Position numbers and translations under genes: made by a program
Assembly: GCA_951804945.1 (NCBI GenBank)
Contig: OX638163.1
Span: forward strand, 36,208,001-36,272,000
DNA from: Podarcis cretensis
Lineage: Eukaryota
Length of the DNA: 64,000 nucleotides
Reading direction: 5' to 3'
Shown here: one piece after another, positions 36,268 through 47,638 of the stretch
How the letters are laid out: every line of letters begins with the position of its first letter
How positions within the stretch are numbered: the first letter of the stretch is position 1
The notes under the pieces: model-generated
Database searches by the model: none
Told to the model about the DNA's origin: nothing
What the model saw: the letters and a program-made list of their open reading frames with translations, nothing else

Positions 36268-36650
36268 GCGTGGCAAGTAACCTCCCCCATGAGAAATGAA
36301 GACACTGGACACATTATTTAAGGTTAATGGGCATAAAAAGGCCACAACTTTATTGATTACAGAATTGAAAGGTATTGGCCTTAGGCATTGGCTCCTACCG
36401 TCTACCCGGCATGGTGACCGGGATGGGTTGTCCACAAGCCGTGGGAGACCTGTTGAAGTACGCCAACTAGGATCCCACGGGTGTCACCGCTCGGGGGCGT
36501 GCTGGAGGCCCTTACCTCCCTAGGTTTCGGACAAGGCCATGCCCCCCGGAGTCCTTTACTGGACTACCCTTTCCATTGGGGAAGGTGATGGCGCTTCCTT
36601 CCTCCCATTCATTTGCATAACAATAAACCCCTGCCAATGCCTAACCGCCA
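36268..36650 (-). repeat. Ngaro repeat B1
   Basis: Direct repeat of 35510-35891. Confidence 0.95.
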
Positions 36651-36677
36651 CTCGAGCAAAGCTCGCCGCCAGTACCT

Positions 36678-37241
36678 TCAAACCTGTAACCAATCCCTAA
36701 TTCCTGCTATGATGTCCCCCAGCCAAATATCATTTCCAGCATCTGACAGATGCACGCCATCCCATCTGTAGAGGGCCTCGTTGCTGTACTGGATGCTCGG
36801 GTGGCCAATGATGCACCCACCCAGAGCCGCCACTCTACGTTCCACAGCCCGCTGCAAGACCTTTCTTGCTTTATTGATTCCAACCGGGCTCAAACAATCC
36901 CTCCATGTCCTTCTCTCGAGCAACGAGGACCATAGTATAGTAATGTTTGGGTAAACTGCCGTCAGATCAGCCAGGTCGTCAAAGATGTTCCATCTCAAGT
37001 CAATAGCTTTACGGTATGCAAGATCATTTTCTCCCAACTGGATAAGCAAGGCATCCGGGGGGCCCTCGCGGGCGGCCCTTGCCAACACAGCTGGCTTGAA
37101 TTCGCTCCAGCGCATCCCTCTTCGTGCTATCCACACCAGCTCGACATTGGCAGGTAAATTCAAATTCTGCCCCAACCCGGTCGTCATTGCACAATTCTTG
37201 GCCCAATGCACAATGCTGTGGCCCACCAACCAAATGCGCAC
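36678..37241 (-). CDS. SGNH/GDSL-family hydrolase (esterase/lipase-like) of the Ngaro element, intact frame
   Basis: Block I WLVGHSIV (Ser), block II ARRG (Gly), block III IQLGENDL (Asn), block V DGVH (Asp/His); 187 codons; starts at GTG, so the true start is uncertain. Confidence 0.88.
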   Translation of the reverse strand: MRIWLVGHSIVHWAKNCAMTTGLGQNLNLPANVELVWIARRGMRWSEFKPAVLARAAREGPPDALLIQLGENDLAYRKAIDLRWNIFDDLADLTAVYPNITILWSSLLERRTWRDCLSPVGINKARKVLQRAVERRVAALGGCIIGHPSIQYSNEALYRWDGVHLSDAGNDIWLGDIIAGIRDWLQV

Positions 37242-37299
37242 CCTCTTGCACTCCGAAAAGCAAATAGACAGAAAAAACCGGGTAAGGGTACCACACCAG

Positions 37300-37644
37300 T
37301 CATAAATTCTTTCTCACGTAAGCCCTGTAGGCATTAGATTTCCACCGCCCCAGGTCCTTTATCCTCTCTGCGGAGAGCCCCAGGTGGACAGCTGTGGTGG
37401 CGGCCCCAATCCGAAAGGAGTGAGCCGCAAATTCAGCCGCGGGCAGACTGCAGGCTGTCAAAGCCAGGCGCATCACCCTTGTAAACTGGTGTCTAGCCAA
37501 CAGTGATCTATCCGCGTGATTAAAAAGGGTGCCTGGGCTACAGGGCCTTAAGTATAGGAAACGCCTTGTATCCCTCACCGGGCAGGGCCCACTACCTTGT
37601 GCAGCTGGTAACCGTATGAGAGCCCCCTTACCCCGTTGGTCCAT
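37300..37644 (-). pseudogene. Tyrosine recombinase C-terminal half, 5'-truncated by the internal deletion
   Basis: DQRGKG, CPV, HSFRIGAAT (H-x-x-R), LGRWKSNAYRAY (Trp and catalytic Tyr); N-terminal catalytic Arg/Lys missing. Confidence 0.92.
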
Positions 37645-37799
37645 GGCTAGGCCCTGCCTCCGTGGTCCGCCGATTGGTGGACGGGGTGGAAGGCATGCCC
37701 GGGGATTCCCTGACCACGCGGGGGCAAGACCCCGCCCCCGCGTGTGTGGGTGGAGGGTTTTGCCCGCAACCCCCTCTCCTCTCAGGCGGAAATGGCTTT
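37645..37799 (-). repeat. Ngaro repeat A1 (5' terminal, truncated)
   Basis: About 12 mismatches by eye to the corresponding part of A2, many at CpG. Confidence 0.92.
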
Positions 37800-38077
37800 A
37801 CCGGCCAAGGGAGCTGGTGTACAGCTTCTGGGTCATGTGGCCAGCATGACTAAGCCGCTTCTGGCGAACCAGAGCAGTGCAAGGAAATGCCGTTTACCTT
37901 CCTGCCAGAGCGGTACCAGTTTATCTATTCGCACTTGACAAGCTTCCGAACTGCTACGTTGGCAGGAGCAGGGACCGAGCAATGGGAGCTCACCCCGTCG
38001 TGGGGATTTGAACCGCCGACCTTCTGATCGGCAAGCCCTGGTCTCTGTGATTTAACCCACATTGCCACCCGCGTCCC
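37800..38077 (-). mobile_element. Sauria SINE 5' part; its continuation lies at 35485-35509 across the Ngaro insertion
   Basis: GGGGTTGTGGCGCTCATCTCGTTTT + ACCGGCCAAGGGAGC rebuilds the sequence seen intact at ~8949-8990. Confidence 0.93.
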
Positions 38078-40149
38078 TTTTTTGTACATATTCCCACCTA
38101 AAATTTGTGTTCACATTGCATGCATTTATTCTAAAAGGTTAAGAACAAAGGATAACTGCATTCTGACCTGGAAATACAAAGCAAGCCATTTTGCTTTTAA
38201 AAATATGGCCAAAGTAAAGTCATCCAGGATTCTTAGAATTAGCTGGTATCTTTCATTTCCACCTCTACCATTCCTTCACCTGTAACCTAGATGCTCTTTG
38301 TTGTTGTTGTTCTGTTTTGTTCTGGCTCTTGTTTCATTCCTATCCCCTTTAAGAACATCTTTGCTTCTCAGCTGGAGAAGTTTATTTATGACTTGTTTAA
38401 TGGCTTCTATGAAGGGCACGCCATGCACTCGCCCACCACAAAATGCATTTATTCAGTTCCATAGATTCACCATTTGCTTTTAAATAGCTTAATGAACACA
38501 CCTGAAATATTCATAATGAAATGCAGGATCCTGGAGCTATAACAACTTTTGGTTCCTGAAGAGTGTGTAGCTTTTCTATTAAAATGTATTAAGTTACTGT
38601 TAATGCATTTATGGGGGCATTATGCTGGGTGGCAATGATTATAGTCATAATTCTGGGAGGCTGACAAAGAACCCCAGACTAAGTCATTACTAGAAAGTTT
38701 TTATAAGATCACTGAATATAGCAGACCTTAGAAATGATGTGAAACTTCACTGTAGGCTAGACTGTATGTGTAGACAAGGCTTCAGAACTCAGGTCAATCC
38801 ATATTTTGTTTGTTTAAAATAATTTGGTTTTACAATTTGATAGTGTTTTGCAATGTGCCTTACACGTTACTCAAAAACAGTTTTATCTTAAAGTAACTGG
38901 GTAACCAAGACTTCCCATTAAACAAATCTTAGTTGATTAATGGGGATCAATTAATAGATTAAGGTTGCAATCATATACACCTTTTTTTTCAGCCCCAGGG
39001 CCATATTCCATTCAGGCACATGCAAGTGGTGGGCATAGCTAGAGGCAAGAGTGAGTGGTACAATTAATACAAATTTTACCTCTGTGAATAGACTAGTTTA
39101 TATCCACATTCACATACAGCCCTTAGTCCTCCACCTAGGCAAACAAGAGGCAATTCAAGGATACACTCCAGCTAACAAAACCAATTCAGGTGTGAAGCAG
39201 GGCCAATGAAGTGTGTTGCCTGGACGTATGTGGCATGGTCTAGGGGAGAGAACTAGTGGTCCACATTTGGCCCTAGAGCCTGTGGCTTTCTATTCCTGCC
39301 ATACACAACTATTTGGGAATATATCCAGTTGATCTCAATGGGGCTTACATCTGGATAGACATGGAGAATATGGTTCTGTAAATCAGATTAGTGAATTAAA
39401 ACCCTTTTTGTAGGGCTGCACTGCAACTCTGCAGGAAAGGGTGTAATCCTAACGTAATGTGAAATGATTTTGTTACTTGATGCAATTTTTGTATATGCCT
39501 TCAATTTTAAAAATGATGTTACTTCATATACTGGCATCAAAGGCATAAGTTTAGATACAATGTATTATATTGTCTTTCTCATGTTCACCCATGGTTCTCC
39601 AGATTTGTTGCTTCATTAACAAAATTACTAATCCCCACAAACTGATGCCAATGTTTAGTGCTAGTTTAGTGCCGTTTTGTGCTGCCCCCCCCCCCAACTG
39701 AGTAATTGAAACTCTAACTTGGGTCATAATTAAATGTCCAGAAACCCAACCTGATCCAATTGACTCCAAATGAGTGTCAAAATGGTGTGCTGGTTTTGTG
39801 TCATTTTGTGATGCAAACCACACTTTCTGAGCAGCCCCTAAAACTGAGTAATTGAAGTCAAACCAGGGGCAATAGGTACACCCCAAAACCAAACCTTGTC
39901 ACACGCAAACCTGGGTCACAAGTAAATGGCCTAAACCCCCAAATGGGGATTGCGGCACAAAGCAACACCAAACCAGCACAATACTTTGGCACTGAACTGC
40001 AGTTAATCAGACAAGGTTTTGGGGGTTTTTTTTGCTCAGAGATCTCAACATCTCTCTCTCAATGTCTCAGAGATCAATTAAAAGTGGTGAAGAGATCAGA
40101 ACTCCACCTCCTGCCCTTTCTGGGAACAGAAACAATTTGGAGTATTGCT

Positions 40150-40193
<44 letters not shown>
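40150..40193. repeat. Compound (GTCT)n(CT)n microsatellite
   Basis: Seen directly. Confidence 0.9.
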
Positions 40194-40194
<1 letters not shown>

Positions 40195-40349
40195 GGGGTG
40201 TACATATGCCCCCTGGTTTGAGGGTCAAATACTGAGTTTGGAGGATGGCACAGAAAGTGCGGTTGGCAACACAAAATGGTACCAAACCAGCATACCACTT
40301 TGGCATCTGTTTCTTGTCAAAATAGAACAAAACAATCACTAGTTTAGGG

Positions 40350-40593
40350 CATGGGTAGGCAAACTAAGGCCCGGGGGCCGAATCCGGCCCAATCACCTTC
40401 TAAATCTGGCCCACGGATGGTCCGGGAATCAGCCAGTTTTTACATGAGTAGAATCTCTCCTTTTATTTAAAATGCATCTCTGGGTGGGGCATAGGAATTC
40501 GTTCTTTTTTTCTCCCCAAAATATAGTCCGGTCCCCCATAAGGTCTGAGGGACAGTGGACTGGCCCCCTGCTGAAAAAGGTTGTTGATCCCTG
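40350..40593. mobile_element. hAT (Charlie-like) MITE
   Basis: CATGGGTAGGCAAACT ... AGGTTGTTGATCCCTG; perfect 8-bp TSD GTTTAGGG (40342-40349, 40594-40601). Confidence 0.9.
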
Positions 40594-41707
40594 GTTTAGG
40601 GGGATCTGGAAGTTTGGGGTGACACATTAATGATGCTCAGGTAAGTTGGTCTTCAGATTCCATCAGCTCTATTTAGCATAGCCAATGGTCAGGGTTGGTG
40701 GGAATTATAGGTCAGCAATACCTGTTCTCCATTCCTAGAACAACAGAATATTAAGGAGAAGAAAATATCACCTTGTGTTAGAGACATCGTGAAAAGCTCT
40801 TCTTGTACATCATGTGACACAAGGTTCGCATTCATTCTTCAGAAAATAGGCTCGTGTGCATATATTTAGTTTTGCTCCTCTCTTTATTGCAGGTATAAGA
40901 TACTTTCATCAAATGTCTGAGTGACATTTGTTCTGCAAAGGAACAAAGACAGAGAGTTGTTTCCCTAGCAACCACCCTTTAAAAGTTGTTCAGATACCAC
41001 CTTGGGCCTACTCCAGCTACTCCTGCCCTTTGCTTGTTTGTACATAGATTCTCTTGGTAAATTAGACAGGTCCCAGATGCCAGACTTACTGGAAGGTTGG
41101 AAATGGAGAGAAGATTCTCTGCTTATAGTATGACTTTCCCAAAGAGTTGCCTGCAGAGTTTCAGAGGCCTTGTTCAGATGTAATGAGAAACCATGGTTTC
41201 CTATTATTTGAGCAAACTATGGAAAGCACTAGGTTTGCAAAGTCACCAACTACTATTCTTCTTTTTCATGTTCACAAATAGAAGGTTAGAATATATATTT
41301 TTGTAATTTAAAAGAATGGGTAGGGAACTTGTGACCTTCCAGATGTTCTAGTGCTACAACTCTCATCATCTTAACCTTTTCAATTTTGCTTGGAGAGCAA
41401 CCTTCTCCAGGATTTCTCTTTCGCACACAGTTCCTGTTTTTGGAAAGGGGAATGAGGACTGTTTTCCAGGTTTTCCTGCCTCCCCTTGCATATTAGCATC
41501 CCTCCGGTGCTCAGCAGGTCAAGATCCACCCACACTGCTATGAAAGACAGGAAGGACACTTTAGACTCCAGAGCTGCAAGGAGAGGCTGTGGTTGGAGGA
41601 AGCCCCCGCAAGCTGGGAACCTCAGTGGCACCCCTCTAGAAGCTTGACCCAGAGCTGAGACATTGGCTAGCCTCCAGTTAACTATGGCCCTGAGCATGTT
41701 CACTAAC

Positions 41708-43345
41708 AGGAACACAGGAAGCTGCCTTATTCTGAGTCAGACTATTGGTCCATCTAGCTAGGAAGTGATATTCCAGCTGAACTATTTAAAATTTTAAAAG
41801 ATGATGCTGTTAAGGTGCTACACTCAATAGGCCAGCAAGTTTGGAAAACTCAGCTGTGGCCAGAGGATTGGAGAAAACAGTCTACATCCCAATCCCAAAG
41901 AAGGGAAGTGCCAAAGAATGCTCCAACTACCGCACACTTGTGCTCATTTCACATGCTAGGAAGGTTATGCTTAAAATTCTGCAAGGCAGGCTTAAGCAGT
42001 ATGTGGACCGAGAACTCCCAGAAGTGCAAGCTGGATTTCAAAGGGGCAGAGGAACTAGAGACCAAATTGCAAACATGCTCTGGATTGTGGATAAAGCTAG
42101 AGAGTTCCAGAAAAACATCTACTTCTGCTTCATTGACTACGCAAAAGCATTTGACTGTGTTGACCACAGCAAACTATGGCAAGTTCTTAAAGAAATGGGA
42201 GTGCCTGATCACCTCATCTGTCTCCTGAGAAATCTCTATGTGGGACAAGAAGCTACAGTTAGAACTGGATATGGAACAACTGATTGGTTCAAAATTGGGA
42301 AAGGCTGTATATTGTCTCCCTGCTTATTTAACTTATATGCAGAATTCATCATGCAAAAGGCTGGACTGGGTGAATCCCAAGCCGGAATTAAGATTGCCAG
42401 GAGAAATATCAACAACCTCAGATATGCAGATGAACAATCTTAATGGCAGAAAGTGAGGAGGAATTAAAGAACCTTTTAATGAGGGTAAAAGAGGAGAGTG
42501 CAAAATATGGTCTAAAACTCAACATCAAAAAAACTAAGATCATGGCCACTGATCCCATCACCTCCTAGCAAATAGAATGGGAAGAAATGGAGGCAGTGAG
42601 AGATTTTACTTTCTTGGGTTCCATGATCACTGCAGATGGTGACAGCAGTCATGAAATTAAAAGATGCCTGCTTCTTGGGAGAAAAGCAATGACAAACCTA
42701 GACAGCATCTTTAAAAGCAGAGACATCACCTTGCCGACAAAGGTCCGTATAGTTAAAGCTATGTTTTTCCCAGTAGTGATGTATGGAAGTGAGAGCTGGA
42801 CCATAAAGAAGGCTGATCGCCGAAGAATTGATGCTTTTGAATTATGGTGCTGGAAGAGACTCTTGAGAGTCCTGTGGATTGCGAGAAGATCAAACCTCTC
42901 CATTCTGAAGGAAATCAGCCCTGAGTGCTCATTGGAAGGACAGATCCTGAAGCTGAGGCTCCAATACTTTGGCCACCTCATGAGAAGAGAAGACTCCCTG
43001 GGAAAGACCCTGATGCTGGGAAAGATTGAGGGCACAAGGAGAAGCGGTCGAAAGAGGATGAGATGTTTGGATAGTGTTTTCGAGGTTACCAGCATGAGTC
43101 TGACCAAGCTGCGGGGGGCAGTGGAGGACAGGAGTGCCTGGCGTGCTCTGGTCCATGGGGTCACAAAGAGTCAGACACGACTAAACAACTAAGCAACTAC
43201 AACAAGCTTAGTAGTGTCTAAGCTGACTTTCCACGATTTTCAGACAGGGGATACTTTCCCAGGCCTCCCAGGAAATGTAAGAATTGAAACTGGACCCTGC
43301 TACATGCAAAGCAGCTTCTACCCCTTCACAATGGCCCATCCCCTA
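41708..43345 (-). mobile_element. Older tRNA-derived SINE split by the BovB insertion (pieces 41708-41759 and 43205-43345)
   Basis: AGGAAGCTGCCTTATTCTGAGTCAGACTATTGGTCCATCTAGCT resumes as AGCTTAGTAGTGTCTA; tail also seen at ~27820-27890. Confidence 0.65.
41760..43204 (+). mobile_element. BovB (RTE) LINE, 5'-truncated, with RT pseudogene
   Basis: IPIPKKGSAKECSNYRT, QAGFQRGRGTRDQI, FIDYAKAFD, LSPCLFNLY, NLRYAD, YGSESWT, ALVHGVTKSQTRLN, (CAA)-like tail. Confidence 0.96.
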
Positions 43346-44064
43346 TTAGAGTGGTTAAAAACAACAACAGAACATTGCTTTGCACCTTAGGAGATTGGAT
43401 ATTGTTTGCATCATTGCTGGTTGCTGTCATCATTCAAAGACCTCAGTCAACTGTTACTATGATAGGCAATTTTAGCTGTTGCGATTGCTTTTGGGGTTGG
43501 AGCTACAGCTAATGAGAACAATGGACAGTAGCATTATTAGGGTCAACTATTAGCCAGAGAACATCTTACTGTAGTACATGAACAAGTTTGATATCCTATT
43601 CCTTCCTTGCCCTACCAAATAGGTAATCCTCTTCCACATTTTGACTTGAGTGAAATGCAAGGAGATTTGAGTTTTCATCTTCATCCTCAGGGAAGACATT
43701 TTCTGTTCCATTTTCCTTCTCTGATCTAAGAAGTTGAGTAGGAGGGAGGGAAAGGGGGATTTGAAAGGTCAAGCATAAAATAGATGTACTCAATCCTCTT
43801 GTGGAATGTTCCAAAATTAGCCATGTGATTGGCTTGGCATCTGAAATCAACCCACAAATTTAAAATAAGAAGAGCCAGCAGTCCGTCTCTGTTTCTGCAT
43901 TGCATTTACAAAAGTGGCCAGGCAGGTCTATCCTAGAAACTCAGATGCAGAGTATGAAGGCAGTCAAGTCTGCAAACACTGTTTGGTTACCTTCAGCTCA
44001 TGGTAATAAGAGTACAGGTGGGGAAACAGTCCAAAACAATTGAAAAGGGTGGGAGAAATATTTA

Positions 44065-44306
44065 CAGTGGTACCTCAGGTTACATAGGCTTCCGGTTACA
44101 TACGTTTCAGGTTACAGACTCCGCTAACCCAGAAATAGTGCTTCAAGTTAAGAACTTTGCTTCAGGATAAGAACAGAAATTGTGCTCTGGCAGCACGGCA
44201 GCAGCAGGAGGCCTCATTAGCTAAAGTGGTGCTTCAGATTAAGAACAGTTTCAGGTTAAGAATGGACCTCCGGAAAGGATTAAGTACGTAACCAGGGGTA
44301 CCACTG
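44065..44306. mobile_element. Tc1/pogo-type MITE (CAGTGGTACC TIR)
   Basis: TIRs with TA TSD; same family as 13940-14181. Confidence 0.92.
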
Positions 44307-47204
44307 TATATCTAAACCAACCCAAAAAGTTCAGGGAAAATATATCTCACTCATTCCCAGATATTTCCCCTAAGAGTTGTGCATGCCCCCAATCCGATTT
44401 AGGATCCAATCTGCTGCTTTGGATCCAACCTGGTATAATTCAGGACTGCCCCTCCACAGATCCAGGCCCTGAACTAATTTGAGCATCTTGAAGAATCAGG
44501 AGGGGATGGAGAAGGAGATGTGCTTCTTCTTCCTTCCCTTCTGACTATGTTTAATCAGGGTTTTAAACCTTAGTTATGCATGCATTTTCCTGCAGTCAGA
44601 CCAACCCTGCTTTAACAGTCCTGGATTGCTCCACGTGGCTCCTACAACCTGATCAAGCTGAATCCTAGGTAGACTAAAATCAGCCCAGCTGGGTTTGTTA
44701 TCTGGTGTTTAGATAGACCCAGTGTGCATTCCTACTTTCCCTGCCAGTCTCCTACAGGGCCCACTGAAATTCTTGTTACTACTTCTTGGGGAAGTATGGT
44801 AAAAAGTGTATGGGTATGCCCTACTGTGCAGCTATTCCCTTCCATCAGGATTTCGCAGGTTATAACTTGTGGTGTTCAAGCAATAAGCTAAAGGATATCC
44901 ATTATCAAAAGATGAGGCAAATATTTGCATTTTCTTTTCTTGAAGGAGGATATGTCCAGGATATGCTTGCTGAGTATGTGCATCTGCCTCCACATGGTAA
45001 ATACATGGCCTGTGGCCATGTACAGTATAGTGCAAATGATCATCTGGCCCATCATGATGCCACTGCTGTATCTCACTTCTACCCTGTATTTTCTACCTTT
45101 ACTAGGTGCAACTCTCCAGGGTCATTCTTTTCTATCAGTTGCTACCTGCCCATTTAACCAGTGATGTTCAAAATTGAACTTGGGGACCTTTTACATGGAA
45201 ACCTTATACTCTGGTCTATGACTGTCATCTTCATCAGAACTCTGCATTTGATTTTTCCAAGATGAGGCTCCCTTTCCCTTGGGGTTGAGGAAAGGAGCAG
45301 CAATGTGGACACTGCCCCATAAGAACAAATGGGACTCTGCCCCACTGGCCACAGTCTGGCCTTAGTCAGCTCCCACTTACCTACCTTCTTGCTTACAATT
45401 ATCCAGTTGTTTGCACTGTCTGATAGCTTCCTCCACCTTAGTCTCGGTGTTTCCTTCATGGGACAAAATAAGGAGGAGGATGGGAGGAAACTAGAATTAG
45501 TTGGTTCTGTCTCCCTTGGCATTGGCTTAAATCTGCTCCCCACCTTTGGCTCCAAATAATATAAAGCAGATCAGGGAATTTGACTTCTCATTCATTCATT
45601 CAGCATTTATTGGCATAATGACTAGACATGTATTACAGTTATCATGGTGCAACCAGTTCAGTTTAGGATAGTTCCAGAATATGCACATAGCATCCCATAC
45701 ATTAATTTCAAAAGAGAGAACTCATACCCCTCAACTGTCCCAATTAAATTGGGACATCCTGTTTTTGGGCTCTGTGCTCTCACGTGAGAGCACAATACCC
45801 AAAATGCATGAGATTGTAGCACCCAAAAAATGTGTTTTGGGGGGCTCTATATTCTTGCATTGGTCATGTGACTCACCAAGAAGACATGTGTCTCTTTTTT
45901 TCCTGCAGCAGGTTGGAGGGTATGAGAACTCATACATGCAAACAAATTCATAGATTTATTCTGATTCTTTGTTGCTCTTTTTAATTAAGTATGACTTCTA
46001 TAATTTTATTTGCACAATATATACATGGTTCTTAAATATCCTGTTTATTTTTGCAGTATCTAAAGGCAATGTCTAAAGGCAAAAATGGCTACTTTTCTGG
46101 TAATAGGTCAAGGAAAGAACCCAGCACATACTGCAAGGACCTTTCAAGACCTGCATTCTCTTGATTTCACAGCAACTGTTGAGATGCTAATTTATTAACT
46201 TGCACAAATTGACCTTTGATTTTTTTTCCTAAATGAGCTTAGCCCATAAAAAACTGTGATTTGCTATAATTGTTGGTGTTTATTTTCCCTGAACTAGGCT
46301 TAATTACCACATAAATATTCCAGTTAACAGAAAACAGTGACCGTTTAATACTTTATTTGCTATGTCCAATTAACATTTGTGACTGTGGGGCTATGGTTAA
46401 GTGAGAATTTTATCCCAGAAGGATTGTTCCCTCTAGTCAAGCCAAAGTCTCGTGCCATTTCATACCTCCCGCAAACAAACACAGAATAACTCTCATTAAG
46501 CTACAACAAGAGATCATTATGAATGTTGAACAATGAGTTGCCAGGAGCTTGATGGTTATATTCTGAAATACTTGGTTGATGGGAAGGGGAATTATGTAAA
46601 TTTCTAGTAATTATGAATATATTATATAGCCTTGGGGGAGGGGTGTCCATATAAATGTAAAGCATTTAAAGCAAAATAAAGCAGTGTCTAATATCTCTTA
46701 GTTCCAAGGATTGGGCCTTCCTATCTGCTGCCTGCTCAGTCATGAGTTCACTTCTTCAGATCGTGATAGACTTTATTTGATGGTATATTGGTCTCCCCAT
46801 TTTGGATTCTCAACAATCAACTCAACAATCAGTTTTCATCTCTCAGGGTTATTCAATGTTCTCATTAAATGTTCATTATAGGCAACAGATTGAATTCCAC
46901 ACTCACATTAACCAAAGACTCACTTGAAAGAATTCTACCATTTTGTAAAACAGGAGTGGGTAATCTTTATTAATCCAAAGGGCCACATTCCCTTCTAGGT
47001 AACCATCTAGGAGCCAGTAGGGCCAAGGCTAAAGGCAGAATTGGGCAGAAGAATGAATGTGATTTTTACCTTCAGACAATAGGCTGGTTTATATCTACAA
47101 CCATGCACCCCTGTCTCCTATCCACCCACCATCCAAGCAAGCAAGAAGCATCATGATATTTCAACATACTCCAGCATGGAAGAAATATGAAAGGACTACA
47201 CTGA

Positions 47205-47470
47205 CTATTGCATGAGGAGAAAACAAGCTTGCACCATCTTCCATGTGACCACACTTCAGATATTTGAAGATGCCTATCCTATTTCCTCCCAGTCTCCTCT
47301 TATCCAGGCTAAGCATACACAGCTTCTTCAACCATATCTTGTAAGGCTTTGTTTCCAGACCCTTTATCATCTTGGTAGCCCACTTCTGCATACATTCCAG
47401 CTTGTCTAACCAAGGCAGAATAGAGGAGAATTATTACTTCCCTTGATCTGGACACTGTACTTCTATTGAT
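47205..47470 (-). mobile_element. CR1 LINE ORF2 C-terminal fragment
   Basis: QKWATKMIKGLETKPY..LKKLCMLSLDKRRLGG..IFKYLK resembles the CR1 motif VQRRATKMIxGLE..LFSLEKRRLRG. Confidence 0.85.
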
Positions 47471-47638
47471 GTACATTTTGGTTGAATGCTAGACAGAGGG
47501 GCCTGAGTGATTGTGTCAGGTTGTGTCATAGCCAAGTCTCAGCTAGCAAGGAGAGAGTCATTTTCTGAGCAGTCACAGCCTGATTAGTCCACAGCCCATA
47601 TTTCATTGAGTATTCACAGCCTGCAGCAGCATCACATT

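Larger units (their letters stand above)
35510..37799 (-). mobile_element. Ngaro-type (DIRS order) tyrosine-recombinase retrotransposon, internally deleted (gag/RT/RNase H absent)
   Basis: Split direct repeats A1(37645-37799)...B1(36268-36650)-A2(35892-36267)-B2(35510-35891); recombinase C-terminus then SGNH hydrolase; no TSD; splits a Sauria SINE. Confidence 0.92.

Noticed and set aside
35510-36650. Direct repeats read as LTRs, a CRISPR array, or a prophage/bacterial integrase contaminant
   Set aside because: No TG..CA ends or TSD, no short repeat-spacer pattern; the A..B-A-B layout and insertion into a lizard SINE fit a native Ngaro element.
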